Source: the human T2T-CHM13v2.0 reference genome, Homo sapiens. Taken from it: DNA of 64,000 nt. How positions within the stretch are numbered: the stretch's first letter is position 1; each line of letters begins with the position of its first letter. The DNA is taken from NCBI RefSeq assembly GCF_009914755.1, contig NC_060939.1; one strand, given 5' to 3'. Positions 37,875 through 51,381 of this stretch are shown one piece after another. Made by a program: the position numbers and the translations under genes. The notes below the pieces were generated by a model, which ran no database searches, had not been told where the DNA came from, and saw only the letters and a list, made by a program, of their open reading frames with translations.

Positions 37875-38753
37875 TTTCACATCTATGAGCAAAAGCAGCT
37901 TTCTACAACAAAAAGCAATGCAATCTTGTTGCCTTGAATTGCCATAGGGGGAAATCATCTTTTTCCCCCAAGGAGAAATTTTTAGTCACTCATCCAGTGC
38001 AATAAATGACAGTTTTTCTGTCAATGTAGGGTTTTTTTTTAACTTCTCACACAAAAAGCCTAAAGCTTGGATATTTGTAGGAATGGCCTTCTCTTCCCTT
38101 CCCCTGCAAAATTGCCCTGCTCCTCACCCCATTTAACTATGAGAATGTTAAAGACAATTACATGAACTTTATATCTGATGGCAAGATATCATATTTATTT
38201 TTTATTGTCAAGAAGAGTCTTTTGGTACTTTTTTCTTTTGCACCCTTAGGCCCTGTGAGAATATCCAGGTATGGGCATTCTGAGGAACCATAACTGACAT
38301 CCTCCTTTTTTGTTTTTGTTTTTGTTTTGTTTTCTACCACTTTCTCAATGAGGACAAGTCCAGGGTTATGATATACATATGTCATCACACATGTATATTA
38401 CATATACATATGATATACATATGTCCCCACATGTCACCTTTAGACTTTAGCAGTTATTGCCAAAGCAGGTTGATTGTTCTTCATCAGATCAGTAACACTG
38501 AATATTAATTGACATTCATGGTATATAAAAGTTCTGATTTGTTTTGTCTATGTCCATTAACAAGGTCTTGTTCAATAATGAGAGCTTCCATTTATTGGCA
38601 ACTTGCCCTGTGCCTGGCATTGTACTCATATCCTTCATACATTTCCCATGTAATATTTTCAACAATGTGCAAAGAATGGTGGTTGTCCATATTTTGTAGA
38701 GTAATTGCCATTAAATTTTGAATAGCAGTTTCAGCCATAATATGCATAAGAAG

Positions 38754-39253
38754 AGTATTCAGTTTCCACTGCTGCTGTAACAAATAACCATAACTGTAGT
38801 AACTTAAACCAACCCCCAGTTGTTACCTCAATCCTGTAGACCAAAAATCTGGCCAGGGCTCCTCTGGGTTCTCTGCTCAGGTTGAAATAAGATGAAAATC
38901 TTGTTTCTGGGTTCTCATCTTGTTTCTGGCTGGGTTCTCATCAGGAGCTGAAGGTCTTCTTCCAAGCTTATTAAGATTTTTGGCAGAATTCAATTTATTG
39001 TGGCTGTAGGGACTCATGGGGACTTCTTTAAAGAGAGCAGGAGAGTATCTGCTGTCACTCAACTCAGTCAACTGATTAGGGACCTTAATTACATTTGGAA
39101 AAATCTCTTTTGCTTTATAAGGAAACATAATCACTGAAATTATATTCTATCATATTCACTGTTTCTACTCCCAATCAATTGGGAGAAGATTATAATGAGC
39201 ACATACACCAGAAAATGAGGATTTGGGGGTTCATCATAGAATTCTACCTACAC
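38754..39253 (-). mobile_element. MLT1 (D/E/F-like) MaLR solo LTR
   Basis: TTTCCACTGCTGCTGTAACAAATAACCA...TTTGGCAGAATTCAATT..TGTGGCTGTAGG...CCTTAATTACAT...TAGAATTCTACCTACACA. Confidence 0.75.
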
Positions 39254-40081
39254 AAAGGGGGTTGCCATTTTTCCCCATTGGCAACCATATGGACATTTCC
39301 TAGAAACACTGCAAATAGTTTTATTTTTAAAAAAATATTTAATAGTGTGAAATTAAATTTTGAAAAAAATTAAAATGTTTAGCTTTATTAAGAACATTTT
39401 ATTTATTTTTATCTTGATATTCATTCATGCTCATTTGGATCTTATTTTTTAGATACTTTAAAAATTAGCTATGGAGTATCTAAAAAATAATTTTAGTGGT
39501 TTGATGTTTTTTACATTTCCTGATTGACATTTACTCATGGGAGAGGCTGTGCACATGGATCTCAAGTGTCCCTACACATAACTTCTGAGTGTGTCAAACC
39601 ATAAGGCCTAACTGCCCTCCCTCTGAGTGATCCTATAGCTAGAAACATAACCAATTCAGTTGATTAAGGTCTCCACAACATGAGTATCCTGCAACTGCTT
39701 ACTTCTTAAGACTGAGGCTATTTTGGATCTTTTCATATAGTCTGCCATTTGAATATCTCTCAAATAAATTAGAAAGTAACAGACTCATCTAATTTAATAA
39801 ATGGGAAAAGACTTGAACAGTCACTTCACAAGTGAGCCATGATGCCGTTTATGCATCTTAAACTGGGGATATGCTATGGTTAACTAAGAAAACTAACTTC
39901 ACAGCAACAAACTCCACTAATTTGGGACTCATCAAAATGTAGATCAGGAATGCTAACATGTGACAGTGCCAACACCTGCTGAGGCTTCAGTCTTCTGAGG
40001 AGTTGGTGAGTTATCTAATGTACAATGTAGAAGAACAGACAGGTACTAGTTAACTTGAAGATGCATCACTTCATCTCATCA

Positions 40082-40285
<204 letters not shown>

Positions 40286-40289
40286 TTAG

Positions 40290-40712
40290 TGATATAGTTT
40301 GGGTAGTTGTCACTTCCAGAACTCATGTTCACATCTGCTCTCCAATGTTAGTGGTGGAGCCTAGTGGAAAGTGTTCTGGCTTTAAGACAGAGCACTCATG
40401 AATGGCTTGGTGCCATTATGGCAGTAGAGTGAGTTCTTGCTCTGTTAGTCCCCAGGAGAAATGACAGTTAAAAAGAATGTGGAACCTCCCTCCCCTCTCT
40501 CTTTCTTCCTCTCTTGCCATGTAATCTCTGCACATGCTGGCTCCCTTTTCCCTTTCACTATGAGTGGAAGTAACCCATGGCCCTCACCAGAAGTAGATGC
40601 TGGTGCCATGCTTCTTGCATAGCTTGCAAGAACAGTGAGCCAAATTAACCTCTTTTCGTTAGTTTCTCTAACACCAGTGTCAGATGTTCCCTTATAGCAA
40701 TACAAATGGCTA
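40290..40712 (+). mobile_element. MSTB-like solo LTR
   Basis: TGATATAGTTTGG...CTCATGAATGGCTTGGTGCC...CCCTCACCAGAAGTAGATGCTGGTGCCATGCTTCTTG...TTATAGCAATACAAATGG. Confidence 0.82.
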
Positions 40713-42604
40713 TCAAAATTTACAGATGAATCCAGAGAAACATATGACTATTTTATTTGTTTATGTATGTCATATTCCACAAACTTGATAAAATAACTTG
40801 GTCCTCTATGAACTAGTTATACCTGTGAAATTATACCATAAAGCAAAGAAGCAAAATAACATGACAAAATGAGCTAACTAGTAGAGTTCTAAAGAGCTAA
40901 ATTAAGCAGTAATAAACAAAAAATTAAATAAAATTAGTTTCAAAAATTAGTTTTTCCTGTCTTCCATTGGAATTTCAGTTGCTTTTCTCTATGCCACTTA
41001 AATATTTTTGCTTTTATGATAATACTTTTCCCTGAGTAATAAAATGCTGGTAAGTTTGAGTCTTACTGGCAAATATGTTTGCAGCAATTCACACAGATCA
41101 TAGTTTGAGGAACATAAAGCAAAGTCAACTGCAAATGAAAATTTCACGTCTCAAACTTCTTGCACAAACATACACAATCACCATGGGGTTAAAAATATAT
41201 TTCTTTTCTCACAAAGACAGCCACCCTCTTAATGTCCCATGCCCAATCAAGTTAAGAAATAAAGCCCTCTTGGGTAAATCATTGCTATGCTAATGAAATC
41301 CAGACAGGCAACTTGAAACTTGAAACAGAAAAAACAAAATTATCCAATGGAAATCATTCATTAGCAGTCCCTGGTTCATTGAAACTAACAAAATGTGGAA
41401 GAGACATGACCTGAATGTGTCACAGATGATAATGATCTTATGCCTATGCTGTACTTTCTATGCAGATGGATCCAAAACACTTTTCTGAGTTTCCTAAGGG
41501 GTGGGAAATAGACAGTTGACCATTGCCACAAATTAGTAACTTCTGGAATAACTAACAGTATAGGCTGACAACTAGATTCCATTATTACCCAAGAGTTTTA
41601 AGAAACTTAACAGGACTGTCTCACTGCAACCTAACCAAACCACTAGAGGAATTGAATAAAGAAAATACCCTAATACCAATTCATGTTCACACCAGACCTA
41701 ATGTTTGCCTTTAGAACCAATTATGGAAATAACTAACAATTCCTATTATCTCTAGTATGAACAATGTCTACTTGTTGCTGTTATTGTTGTTTTTATCTTT
41801 TAATCTCTTTCTAGAATTCTACTTAAAATAGTTAAATAACCTACCTCAGGGTGAATCAAGTAAGCAGTATCAATTGCATGCATTTTTCCATCTTGTATAA
41901 ATGCTGACCTGTAGCTGCTCCTATGCTGGCAGTACACACACACTTTATCACAGAATTGAGCTCAGTCAAGGGAGTACGTTTAGACAAGTTACTGAGGCAA
42001 TCTCACTCTCACCTCCGAAGAGAGAGAGGAGATATAAGAACTGGTTGCAGAGTTCAAAGGCAGTCTCGGTCAATTTTTCTTTTAATTGACTCCTGCATAC
42101 TACTGTCTTTGCCAGCTAGCATCAATCCAACCATCTTTTGAAAACATACACCAATTGCCCTCTGTAAATTAGTGCACACACTTTAGGTGGTGTCTGATGA
42201 GACTGTGTTAATTAGGTGCCCTGACCTTCCTTAGGGACAGGCAGGTGCCCTTTCTAAGTTAGGCCAATTGAGCAGTCTTTCCTTAAAAACTGTAAACAGT
42301 GAAACAAGACTGAGAATATTTGAGGTCATTTATTGCAGCACGGTTGCAAATCTGTTGAGTTTCTGGTACCAAAATCCTCTGGTGCTGCTCCAGTCTGCTA
42401 CTTTGCAAGTGTGATCCTTAGGTTTTTCTTTCTGTTCTGTAAGACTCTCCATACATTTCCAGTAAAAATCCTACTGACTTAAGTTTTTCAAAGTTAATGT
42501 TGCTTTCAATCAAAAACAAATCCAGTGTTCAAGTTCTATTTCTGCTACTCACAAAAATATAGCTAAAAATTTCATTTCAAACTTTCAATCCAAAGGCATT
42601 GGTT

Positions 42605-43505
42605 TTAAATAGATCTTTTATTGAAGTAAAACATATACAAAGAAAGTGCATAAATATAAACATATAGTTTGATGATATTTTACAAATAAACTTGCATATA
42701 CACCATTCAGAAGGTATCAAACTTCGTTTCTCAGAGTGTGATTCATTTACCAGTAGCCTTGGCATTGCCTAGGAGCTTGTTAAAAATGCAGAATCTTAGC
42801 TCCCACCCAGACCTATTGAATCAGAATCTGCATTTCAAAAAGATCTCGAAGGAGATCTATATGTAGACTGAATTTTGAGAAGTACAGATATAGAACATGA
42901 CCAACTCTCTAGAAATCTCCTTTATTAATCTACTCTGGTCATTACCTCTTCAAAAGTAGCCACTTTTTGATTAACCATGCCTTAGTTTTGCTATGTTATT
43001 GAACTTTCTATAAAAGGATTCATGTTATCTACTTTCTGCAGGTCTGGCTTCTTGTACTCAGTATTATGTTTAGAGATTCTTCCATGCTATTGCATGCAGA
43101 AGTTTGTTCTTCTTTTATTATTTTTAATTGCTGCATGAACATACCATGTTTCATCTATTTCACTGTTGGTAGATACTGGGATTCGTTCATTCAGGGACTG
43201 CTATGAATAATGCCGGTAGCATCATGGCCCTTAGAAGACATACTGATGTATTTCTATTGAGTAAACTTTTAAGATTAGAATTGTAAGGTCACAGATATGC
43301 ATGCATGTGTTCAGTCACAGTAGATAATGACAAAGAGTCTCCAAAGTAGTTGTACACATTTACAGTCCCACCATTGGAGTATGAAAATTATAGTTGTCCT
43401 AAACCATAACTAATAACTGACATTGTCAGACGTTGTTTGGCCAGCTAGATGTGTAGTTGACTAAGCCATTCTGGTGGTCGTATAGTGATATCACACAGTG
43501 ATTTT
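42605..43505 (-). mobile_element. L1ME/MB-like 3' end, with a continuation at ~50740-50900 and ~51385-51515
   Basis: CTTTTATTGAAGTAAAACATATACA...GTCTGGCTTCTTGTACTCAG...TCTCCAAAGTAGTTGTAC. Confidence 0.65.
42722..42888. mobile_element. MER5A-like DNA transposon
   Basis: TTTCTCAGAGTGTG...GGAGCTTGTTAAAAATGCAGAATCTTAG..CCCAGACCTATTGAATCAGAATCTGCATTT...TTTGAGAAG. Confidence 0.82.
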
Positions 43506-44371
43506 ATTTATTCCTTTATATATGGATAGAAATCATTGTGTGTACTTAGCATGTCCATGATGTTTTGAAGTACATATACATTATGGAATGGTTAAATGTA
43601 GTTAATTAACAAATGCCGTATCTCCTATAGTTATCAGTTTTATGGTGAGAGCACTTATCCACTCTTTGCATTTTTTATGAATACAACATATCACAATTAA
43701 CTATAGTCACCTTGCTATACAATAGATCCCTTAAATTTATTTTTATCTATCTCACTGAAATTACACATCTTTTAACCAATATCTACCCATAACCTTTCTC
43801 CTAACCACCCCAGGCTCTGGTAACCAGCATTCTACTTCTCTCTACTTCTATTACATTAAGTTTTTTTAGATTCCACAGATGAATGAGATTACATGTTATT
43901 GATCTTTCTGTGCCTTACTAATTTTAAGTAACATAATGCCCTATAGGTTCATCCATGTTGTTAATAGAAAATGACAGAATTTCCTTTTTTTGTGTGGCTG
44001 AATAGTATTGCATTGTGTATATATACCATATTTCATTATTCATTTATCCATTGATTCCATTTCTTGGCAATTGTTAATACTCCTGCAATAAACATTAGAG
44101 TGAAGACATCTTTTTATAGATAATTTTTAAAATAAGTCCTCAAAAGCATAGCCAAGAAAAGCAAAAATAGACAAATGAAATTGCATCAAACAAAAAAGAC
44201 TCTGCACAGCAAAAGAAAGTCAACAGAGAAAATAGACAATCTACATAATGATATGAAATATCTGCATATTTCTTATACATTGTATATATGTGATAAAGAG
44301 TTAATATCCAAATTATATTTAAAAACTCAATAGCAAGAAAAGCCTGGGATTAAAAATGGGGACAAGACCTG

Positions 44372-45312
44372 AACAGAATGGGAGAAAATTTTTGCAATCT
44401 ATCCATCTGACAAAGGGCTAATATCCAGAATCTACGAAGAACTTAAAGAAATTTACAAGAAAAAAACAAACAACCCTATCAGAAAGTGGGCGAAGGATAT
44501 GAAGAGACAGTTCTCAAAAGAAGACATTATGCAGCCCACAAACATATGGGAAAAAGCTCATCATCACTGGTCATTATAGAAATGAAAATCAAAACCACAA
44601 CAAGTTACCATCTCAGGCCAGTTAGAATGGTGATCATTAAAAAGTCAGGAAACAACAGATGGTGGAGAGGATGTGTAGAAATAGGAACGCTTTTACCCTG
44701 TTGGTTGGAGTGTAAATTAGTTCAACCATTGTGGAAGACAGTGTGGTGATTCCTCAAGGATCTAGAACCAGAAATACCATTTGACCCAGCAATCCCATTA
44801 CTGGGTATATACCCAAAGGATTATAAATCATTCTACTATAAAGTCACATGTACACTTATGTTTATTGTGGCACTGTTCACAATAGCAAAGACTTGGAACC
44901 AACCCAAATGTCCATAAATGATAGACTGGATAAAGAAAATGTGGCACATACACACCATGGAATACTATGCAGCCAAAAAATCATGAATTTCTGTCCTTTG
45001 TAGGGACATGGATGAAGCTGGAAACCATCATTCTTAGCAAACTAACACAGGAACAGAAAACCAAACAGCACATGTTCTCACTCATAAGTGGGAGTTGAGC
45101 AATGAGAACACATGGACACAGGGAGGGGAACATTACACACCCGGGCCTGTTGAGGGGTGGGGGCTAGGGGAGGGATAGCATTAGGAGAAATACATAATGT
45201 AAATGATGGATTGATGGGTGCAGCAAACCACCATGGCACATGTATACCTATGTAACAAACCTGCCTGTTCTGCACATGTATCCCAGAACGTAATGTATAA
45301 TAATAAAAAAAA
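44372..45312 (+). mobile_element. 5'-truncated L1PA (L1PA7/8-like)
   Basis: GAATGGGAGAAAATTTTTGCAATCTATCCATCTGACAAAGGGC through the 3' UTR GGGAGGGATAGCATTAGGAG...GCACATGTATCCCAGAAC and an A tail. Confidence 0.92.
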
Positions 45313-46675
45313 TTACCGCCCAGATCAAAGTCATAAACCTTTCCCACTAAGTTTTCTTCTACTTCTATTAGATCAAGTTTTTTAGATTCCACAGATGAAT
45401 GAGATTGCATTTTTTTCTAGTAGTTTCATAGTTTCAGGTCTTAGATTTATTCCTTTAATATGTTTTGAGTTGATTTTTGTATATGCTGACAGATAACAGT
45501 CTACTTTCATTATTTTGCATGTGAATATCCATTTATCAACACTATTTATAGAATAGTCTGCCCTTTCCCCATTTTGTGTTCTTGGTGCCTGCATCAAAAA
45601 TCAGTTAGCTGTAAATTTGTGGATTTATTTCTTAGCTCTCTATTTTGTTTCATTGGTGTATGTCTTTGTTTTTATGCCAGTACCATATTGTTTTGGTTAC
45701 TATAATTTTGTAGTGTATTTTAAAGTCAAATCATGTAATGCCTCCAGCTTTGTTCTTTTGGTTCAGGATTGCTTTGACTGCTTGGGGTCTTTTGTGGTTC
45801 CATACAAATTTTATTATTTTTTTTTCTATTTCCGAGAAGAATGTCATTGGTATTTTGATAATGATTGCATTGAATCTGTAGATTGCTTTAGGTATTATAT
45901 ACATTTTAACAATAGTAATTATTCCAATCAATGAACATAGGATATTGTTCTATTTATTTGTGTCTTTTTACATTTATTTTATAAGTGTTGTATAGCTTTC
46001 AGTGTAGATTTCTCTCACACCTTTGGTTAACTGCATTCCTACGTATTTTATTTTTACAGCTATTGTAAATGGAATTGTTTCATTGATTTCTTTTACAGAT
46101 AGTTTGCTATTAGTGTATAGAAACACGAGTGATTTTTTATGTTGATTTTGTGTCCTGCACTTGTACTGGATTTGTGTATTAGTTTTAATAGTTTTTTGAT
46201 GTAGTCTTTTGAGTTTTCTGTATAAAAGATCTTGTCATCTGCAACCAGGGACAATTTAACTTCTTGTTTTTCAATATGGATGTCTTTAACTTTTTTTTTT
46301 GCTTGATTACTGTTGCCAGGGCTTCTAGTAGTATGTTAAATGGAAGTTGTGAAAGTGAATTTGTTTGCCTTGTTCTAAATCTTAGAGGAAAAGTGTTCAG
46401 CTTTTCCCTGTTCAAGATAATGTTAGCTGTGAGTTTGTCATATATGGCCTTTATTATACTGAGATACATCTCTTTTATACTTAACGTGTTTCAAGTTTTT
46501 AACCATAAAATGATGTGGAATTTTGTTAAATGTTTTTTCTGCATCTATTGAAATGATTATGTGGCTTTTGTCCTTGTTTTTGTTAATGTGATGTATCCTG
46601 TTTATTCAATTGCCTATGTTATACCATCTTTGCATCCTAGAGATGAATCCCAGTTTATGATGGGGAAGGATTTCC

Positions 46676-46970
46676 TTTTTTTTTTTTTTGGCGGGCGGGG
46701 GGGACGGAGTCTTGCTCTGTCACTAGGTTGGAGTGCAGTGGCATGCTTACTGCAAACTTCACCTCCCGGTTTCAAGTGATTCTCCTGCCTCAGCCTCCCG
46801 AGCAGCTTCGACTACAGGTGCTCCATTACACCGAGCTAATTTTTGTATTTTTAGTAGAGATAGGGCTTCACCATGTTGGCCAGGATGGTCTTGATCTCTT
46901 GATCTCGTGATCCACCTGCCTTGGCCTCCCAAAGTGCTGGGATTACAGGTGTGAGCCACCGTGCCCGACC
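46676..46970 (-). mobile_element. Alu SINE, AluSc-like
   Basis: CTGTCACTAGG, GGCCAGGATGGTCTTGATCTCTTGA, CCCAAAGTGCTGGGATTACAGG. Confidence 0.9.
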
Positions 46971-47773
46971 TGGATCTTCTTAATGTGATTTATTTTGGTA
47001 ATATTTTGTTGAGGATTTTTTTAATCTATATTCAAAAAGGGTATTGGCATGTGTTTTCTTTCATGGTTGCATCCTTCTCTGGTTTTATTATCAGGGTAAT
47101 ATTGGCCTTGTAGAATGAATTTGGAAGTGTTCCCTCCTCCTTAATTTGTTTTAAGTGTTTGAGAAGAATTGGTATTTGTTCTTCTATAAATGTTTGTAGA
47201 ATTCAGAAATGAAGCCATGAGGTCCTAGGATTTTCTTTAATGGGAAATATTCTATTACTGATTCAATCTCCTTACTCGTTATTAATTTGTTCACATTTTC
47301 TATTTCCTTATAATTCAAAATTGATAGATTATGTGTGCCCAAGAATCTATCCATTTATTTGAGGTTATTCAATTTATTGGTGTATAATTGTTGATAATAG
47401 TCTCATAATTCTTTTTATTTCTACAGTTTCAGTTGTGATGTCTCCTTTTTGATCTCTGATTTTATTTGAATCTTCTCTCTTTTCCTTAGTATAGATAAAG
47501 ATTTGTCAATTTTGTTTATCTTTTCAAATAACCAACTTTTTTCTCAATCTTTTGTATTGTTTTGTTCACCTTTATTTACTTTATTTCCAGTCTGGTCTTA
47601 ATTATATCTTTTCTTCTTCTAATTTTTGGTTTAGTTTGCTCTTGTTTTTCTAGTTCTTTGAGGTGAAATGTTCAATTGTTTATTTGACATTTTTCTCCTT
47701 TTTGATAGGCATTTATTGCTATATAAATGTGTAGTTGAAAAGAATGTGTATTCTGGGGCTGTTGAATGAAACG

Positions 47774-47880
47774 TTCCTTTTTTTTTGGCGGGGGGGTGGA
47801 CGGAGTCTTGCCCTGTCACTAGGTTGGAGTGCAGTGGCATGCTTACTGCAAACTTATGCAAACTTACTGCAAACAGACCT
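47774..47880 (-). repeat. Local copy of the 46.7-kb Alu end plus micro-duplications
   Basis: Near-identical to 46672-46759, followed by ATGCAAACTT ACTGCAAAC. Confidence 0.88.
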
Positions 47881-50800
47881 AAATGTCTGTTAGGTCTGTC
47901 TGGTCTTGAGTACAGTTTAAATCGGATGTTTCTTTATTGATTTTCTGTCTGGGTGATCTGTTTATTGCTGAAAGGTGGGTGTTGAAATCCCCTACTATTA
48001 TTGTATTCTAGTCAGTTTTTCCACTTAGACCCATTAATATTTGGTTTGTATATGTACTTGTTTCAATGCTGGGTGCATATAAAATTCTTATGCCCTCTTG
48101 TTAAATTGACCCCTTTATTGTTAGATAATGATCTCCTTTGTCTTTTTTTACAGTTTTTGACTTGATGTCTATTTTATCTAATATAAGTAGAACTATTCCT
48201 GCTCTCTTTTGTTTTTCCTTTGCATGGAGTATGTCTTTCTATCCCTTCACTTTCAGTCTATGTGTTTTCTTAGCAATAAAGTGAGTCTCTTTTAGGCAGC
48301 CTATAGTTGGGTCTTTTATTGTTGACCATTCAGCCACTTCATATTTTTTAATTGGATAATTTAGTACATTTACATTCCAGGTAGTTATTGATAGGTAAGG
48401 ACTTAACTGCTGCCTTTTTGTTAATTGTTTTCTAGTTATATCTTAGATTCTATCTTTCTTTCCTATTGTCTTCCTTTATTTTCTTTAGCAATAAGTTTTG
48501 ATTCCTTGCTTTTTATTTTTAGTGTATCTATTATAGGTCTTTGCTCTGTTGTCAATCTTAGGTTATAAGAAACATCTCATAGTTTTAACAGGTTATAAGC
48601 TGATAACACTTAGCTTTGATCACAAAAAAACAAAACATTGTACTTTAGCTTCACTCCTCTCCCCTACATTTTGACATTTTGATGTCATAATTTACATCTT
48701 TTTATATTGCATGTACTTTCACAAATTATTGTAGTCATTATTTCAATAGTTTTAGCTTTTAACCTTCATACTAAAGCTATCATTACATACCACAATTAGA
48801 CTATTATATAATAGTATTTGGAATTTGACTATGTACTTACTTTTATCAGTGAGATTCATATATCCAGATGTTTTTGTTTTACTTATTAGCATTTTTTTTC
48901 TTTCAAATTGAAGAACTCCCTTTAGCACTTCTTGTTAGAAAGGTCTAAAGGTGACAAACTCCCTCAGCATTTGTCTAGAAAAGTCTTTATTCTCATTCAT
49001 TTATAAAGAATAGATTTGCTGGGTACAATATTATTAGTTGGTACTTTTTTCCCTTTAGCATTTAAAATATATTATTCTCTTTATTTCCTGATTTGTAAGG
49101 TTTCTGCTGAGATGTCTGCTGCTAGGCATGTTGGAGTTCCATTATATGTTATTTGCTTCTTTCCTCTTGCTACTTTTAGAATCCTCTCCTTAACTTTGAT
49201 CTTTGAAAATTTGGTTATAATATATATGGAGGTAGTCTTATTTGAATTGAATCTGATTGGTGACTTTTGATCTTCTTGTAGCTGGATGTTTACCTTTCTC
49301 CATGTTTGAAAAGTTTTTTGTTATTATTTCTTTAAATAACTTTTCTACCTCTTTCTCTCTCTTTAATCCTTCTTGAACACCAGTAACTCATATATTTCCT
49401 TTTTTAATGCTATCCCATCAATCCTGTCAAAGTTCTTTATTCCTTTTCATTATTTTTTCTTTATTCTTCCTTGTATGTGTATTTTCAAATAACCTAACCT
49501 GTCTTTGCATTCAGGTTCTTTATTTTGATAGATCAATTCTGCTGTTAATGCTTTCTATTGTATTTATTTATTATATTTTTCAGCTCTATAATATGTTTTA
49601 ATTTTTTTATTATTTTAATTTTTCTGTTAAATTAATTTTTCTGTTAAATATCTCTAATAAATTTCTAGGTTGTTCCTCTGTTTCTTCTTGAAGTTTACTG
49701 ACCTTCTTTAAAATAGAAATGTTGAATTCTTTGTCAGGCAGTACATTCTTCTCTGTCCCTTCAGGGTTAGTCACTGGCTTCATATTTTTTTCTTGTGATA
49801 TCATGTTTCCCTGTTTGTTCTTAATTCTTGTGGTCATATGTCACCTTCTTTAAGTGTCTTCACCTTAAAGAAATAGGTATTTATTATAGTCTTTTCAGTA
49901 TGGTTTTGTCTGAGAATGTTCTTCAACAGTAAGGTTATCAGAAATTCTAAGCAGACCGTTATAATTTCTAAGCCCAAGATTGCTGCAGTGTTAGTGGGTG
50001 CCCTAAGACCAGGACTACCACAGTCAATGTAGCCAGGATTGGAGTACCCTGAACTCCAGGACTGCTGCAGCACCTTGTAGGAATTCCATAGCCATCAAGG
50101 GACACCCAAAGCCCATGGTCAATGAGGCCTGCCTGTCTCTGAGGTTTATCCAGAACCTAAGACCACAGCAGTTGGCCATTGGTGATATAGTTCAAAACTT
50201 GAATGCATTTTGCTGGGGCTCACCTAGTACCAGGGCAGGTCTAGAGGCTCAGTCCATGAATACTGGTCTGGAGTCTGAGGCCATGGTTGGGTTTTTTGTG
50301 TTTTTGTTTTGTTTTGTTTTTTGTTTTTTTGCTGAGTTTTACTGTGGTGGGACTGGTATTGGGATCCAAGGCAATGTCCTATGCTTACTTTCCTTCCCAA
50401 GTTGAAAGCATCTCTCTCCATCCTCTGCCACCTAAGGTTAAAGGAAGGGTAAGTTGGGTAATGTAAAACTGTCCTTTTCACACTCTTCAGTGCATCTTTT
50501 CTCATTACTGTGCTATAACCAGGTACAGTGATCTCTCACATGGTTTCCTTCGCTCCTGGAAGGTATTTATGTGCATAGATAGTTGACCAAATCGATTTTT
50601 CTGCTTGGGTACAATCACCAGAGAACCTTATTCTGCCATCTTGCTCTACCCTCTGTCCCACCATTGTGTATTTTTTGTTTGTTTGTTTGCTTGTTTTTGA
50701 GATGGACCCTCACTCTGTTACCCAGGCTTGAGTGACATGGCTGTGGTTTTAATTTGTATCTCCCAATTGACTGAAGCTATTGATAACTTTCCATATGAAT

Positions 50801-50932
50801 TTGTCATTTGAATATCCTCTTCTGTGAAATGACTGTTTAAGTCTCTTGCCCAATTATTAAATTAGGTTAGTCTATCTTTTTCTTTTCAATTTTTAGAAAA
50901 TTTTTCTAAAGTGTAATTTAGACAATTTATCA

Positions 50933-51381
50933 TGACAAAGACTCTCTCTTTTGACCAAACTTACGTCAGCCTCCTTTGAGTCCTCTTTCTGTCTAGGCTC
51001 TGTCTTGAGGATCTGTCCTAAGACCTCTTAGTCCAGTTTTAGCAAAAATTCTCCTAAGTCAAGTATATAAATCCTCCACTTATTATATCTAATCAAATTC
51101 CTTATCTCCCACTCTCAATATCTTATCACCTGGCCTCCCTTCTGCAAAAATTCTGTCAACCCAGTTTAGTCAGAATTCCCTATCAGCTTTTATGTTTACT
51201 CCTAGAGTTTGTACATCTAGTGACACCCACCTTGGTCCTTAGCTATGAATTTTCTTTTTTCCTTGTATTAGAGTAAGCCCAATCTCTCACTCCTACTGCA
51301 AAACCTCATTGTGATAGTCCCTCTAGATAAAGTCTGCCTTACCATCTTTAACAAATGCTATAAATATCTTTTTCTTTAACA
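50933..51381 (+). mobile_element. MER31-like (ERV1) solo LTR
   Basis: TGACAAAGACTCTCTCTTTTGACCAAACTT start, ATAAAGTCTGCCTTACC, end TTTCTTTAACA. Confidence 0.78.

Larger units (their letters stand above)
43505..50650 (-). mobile_element. Long rearranged L1MA-like element (3' end, ORF2, ORF1, 5' UTR), interrupted by L1PA and Alu
   Basis: The antisense 3' end lies at 43505-44120. Minus ORF pieces match ORF2p ([45 protein letters not shown]) and ORF1p (LPDKEFNISILKKVSKLQE). It ends in TTCTGCCATCTTG, typical of L1M 5' ends. Confidence 0.85.
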
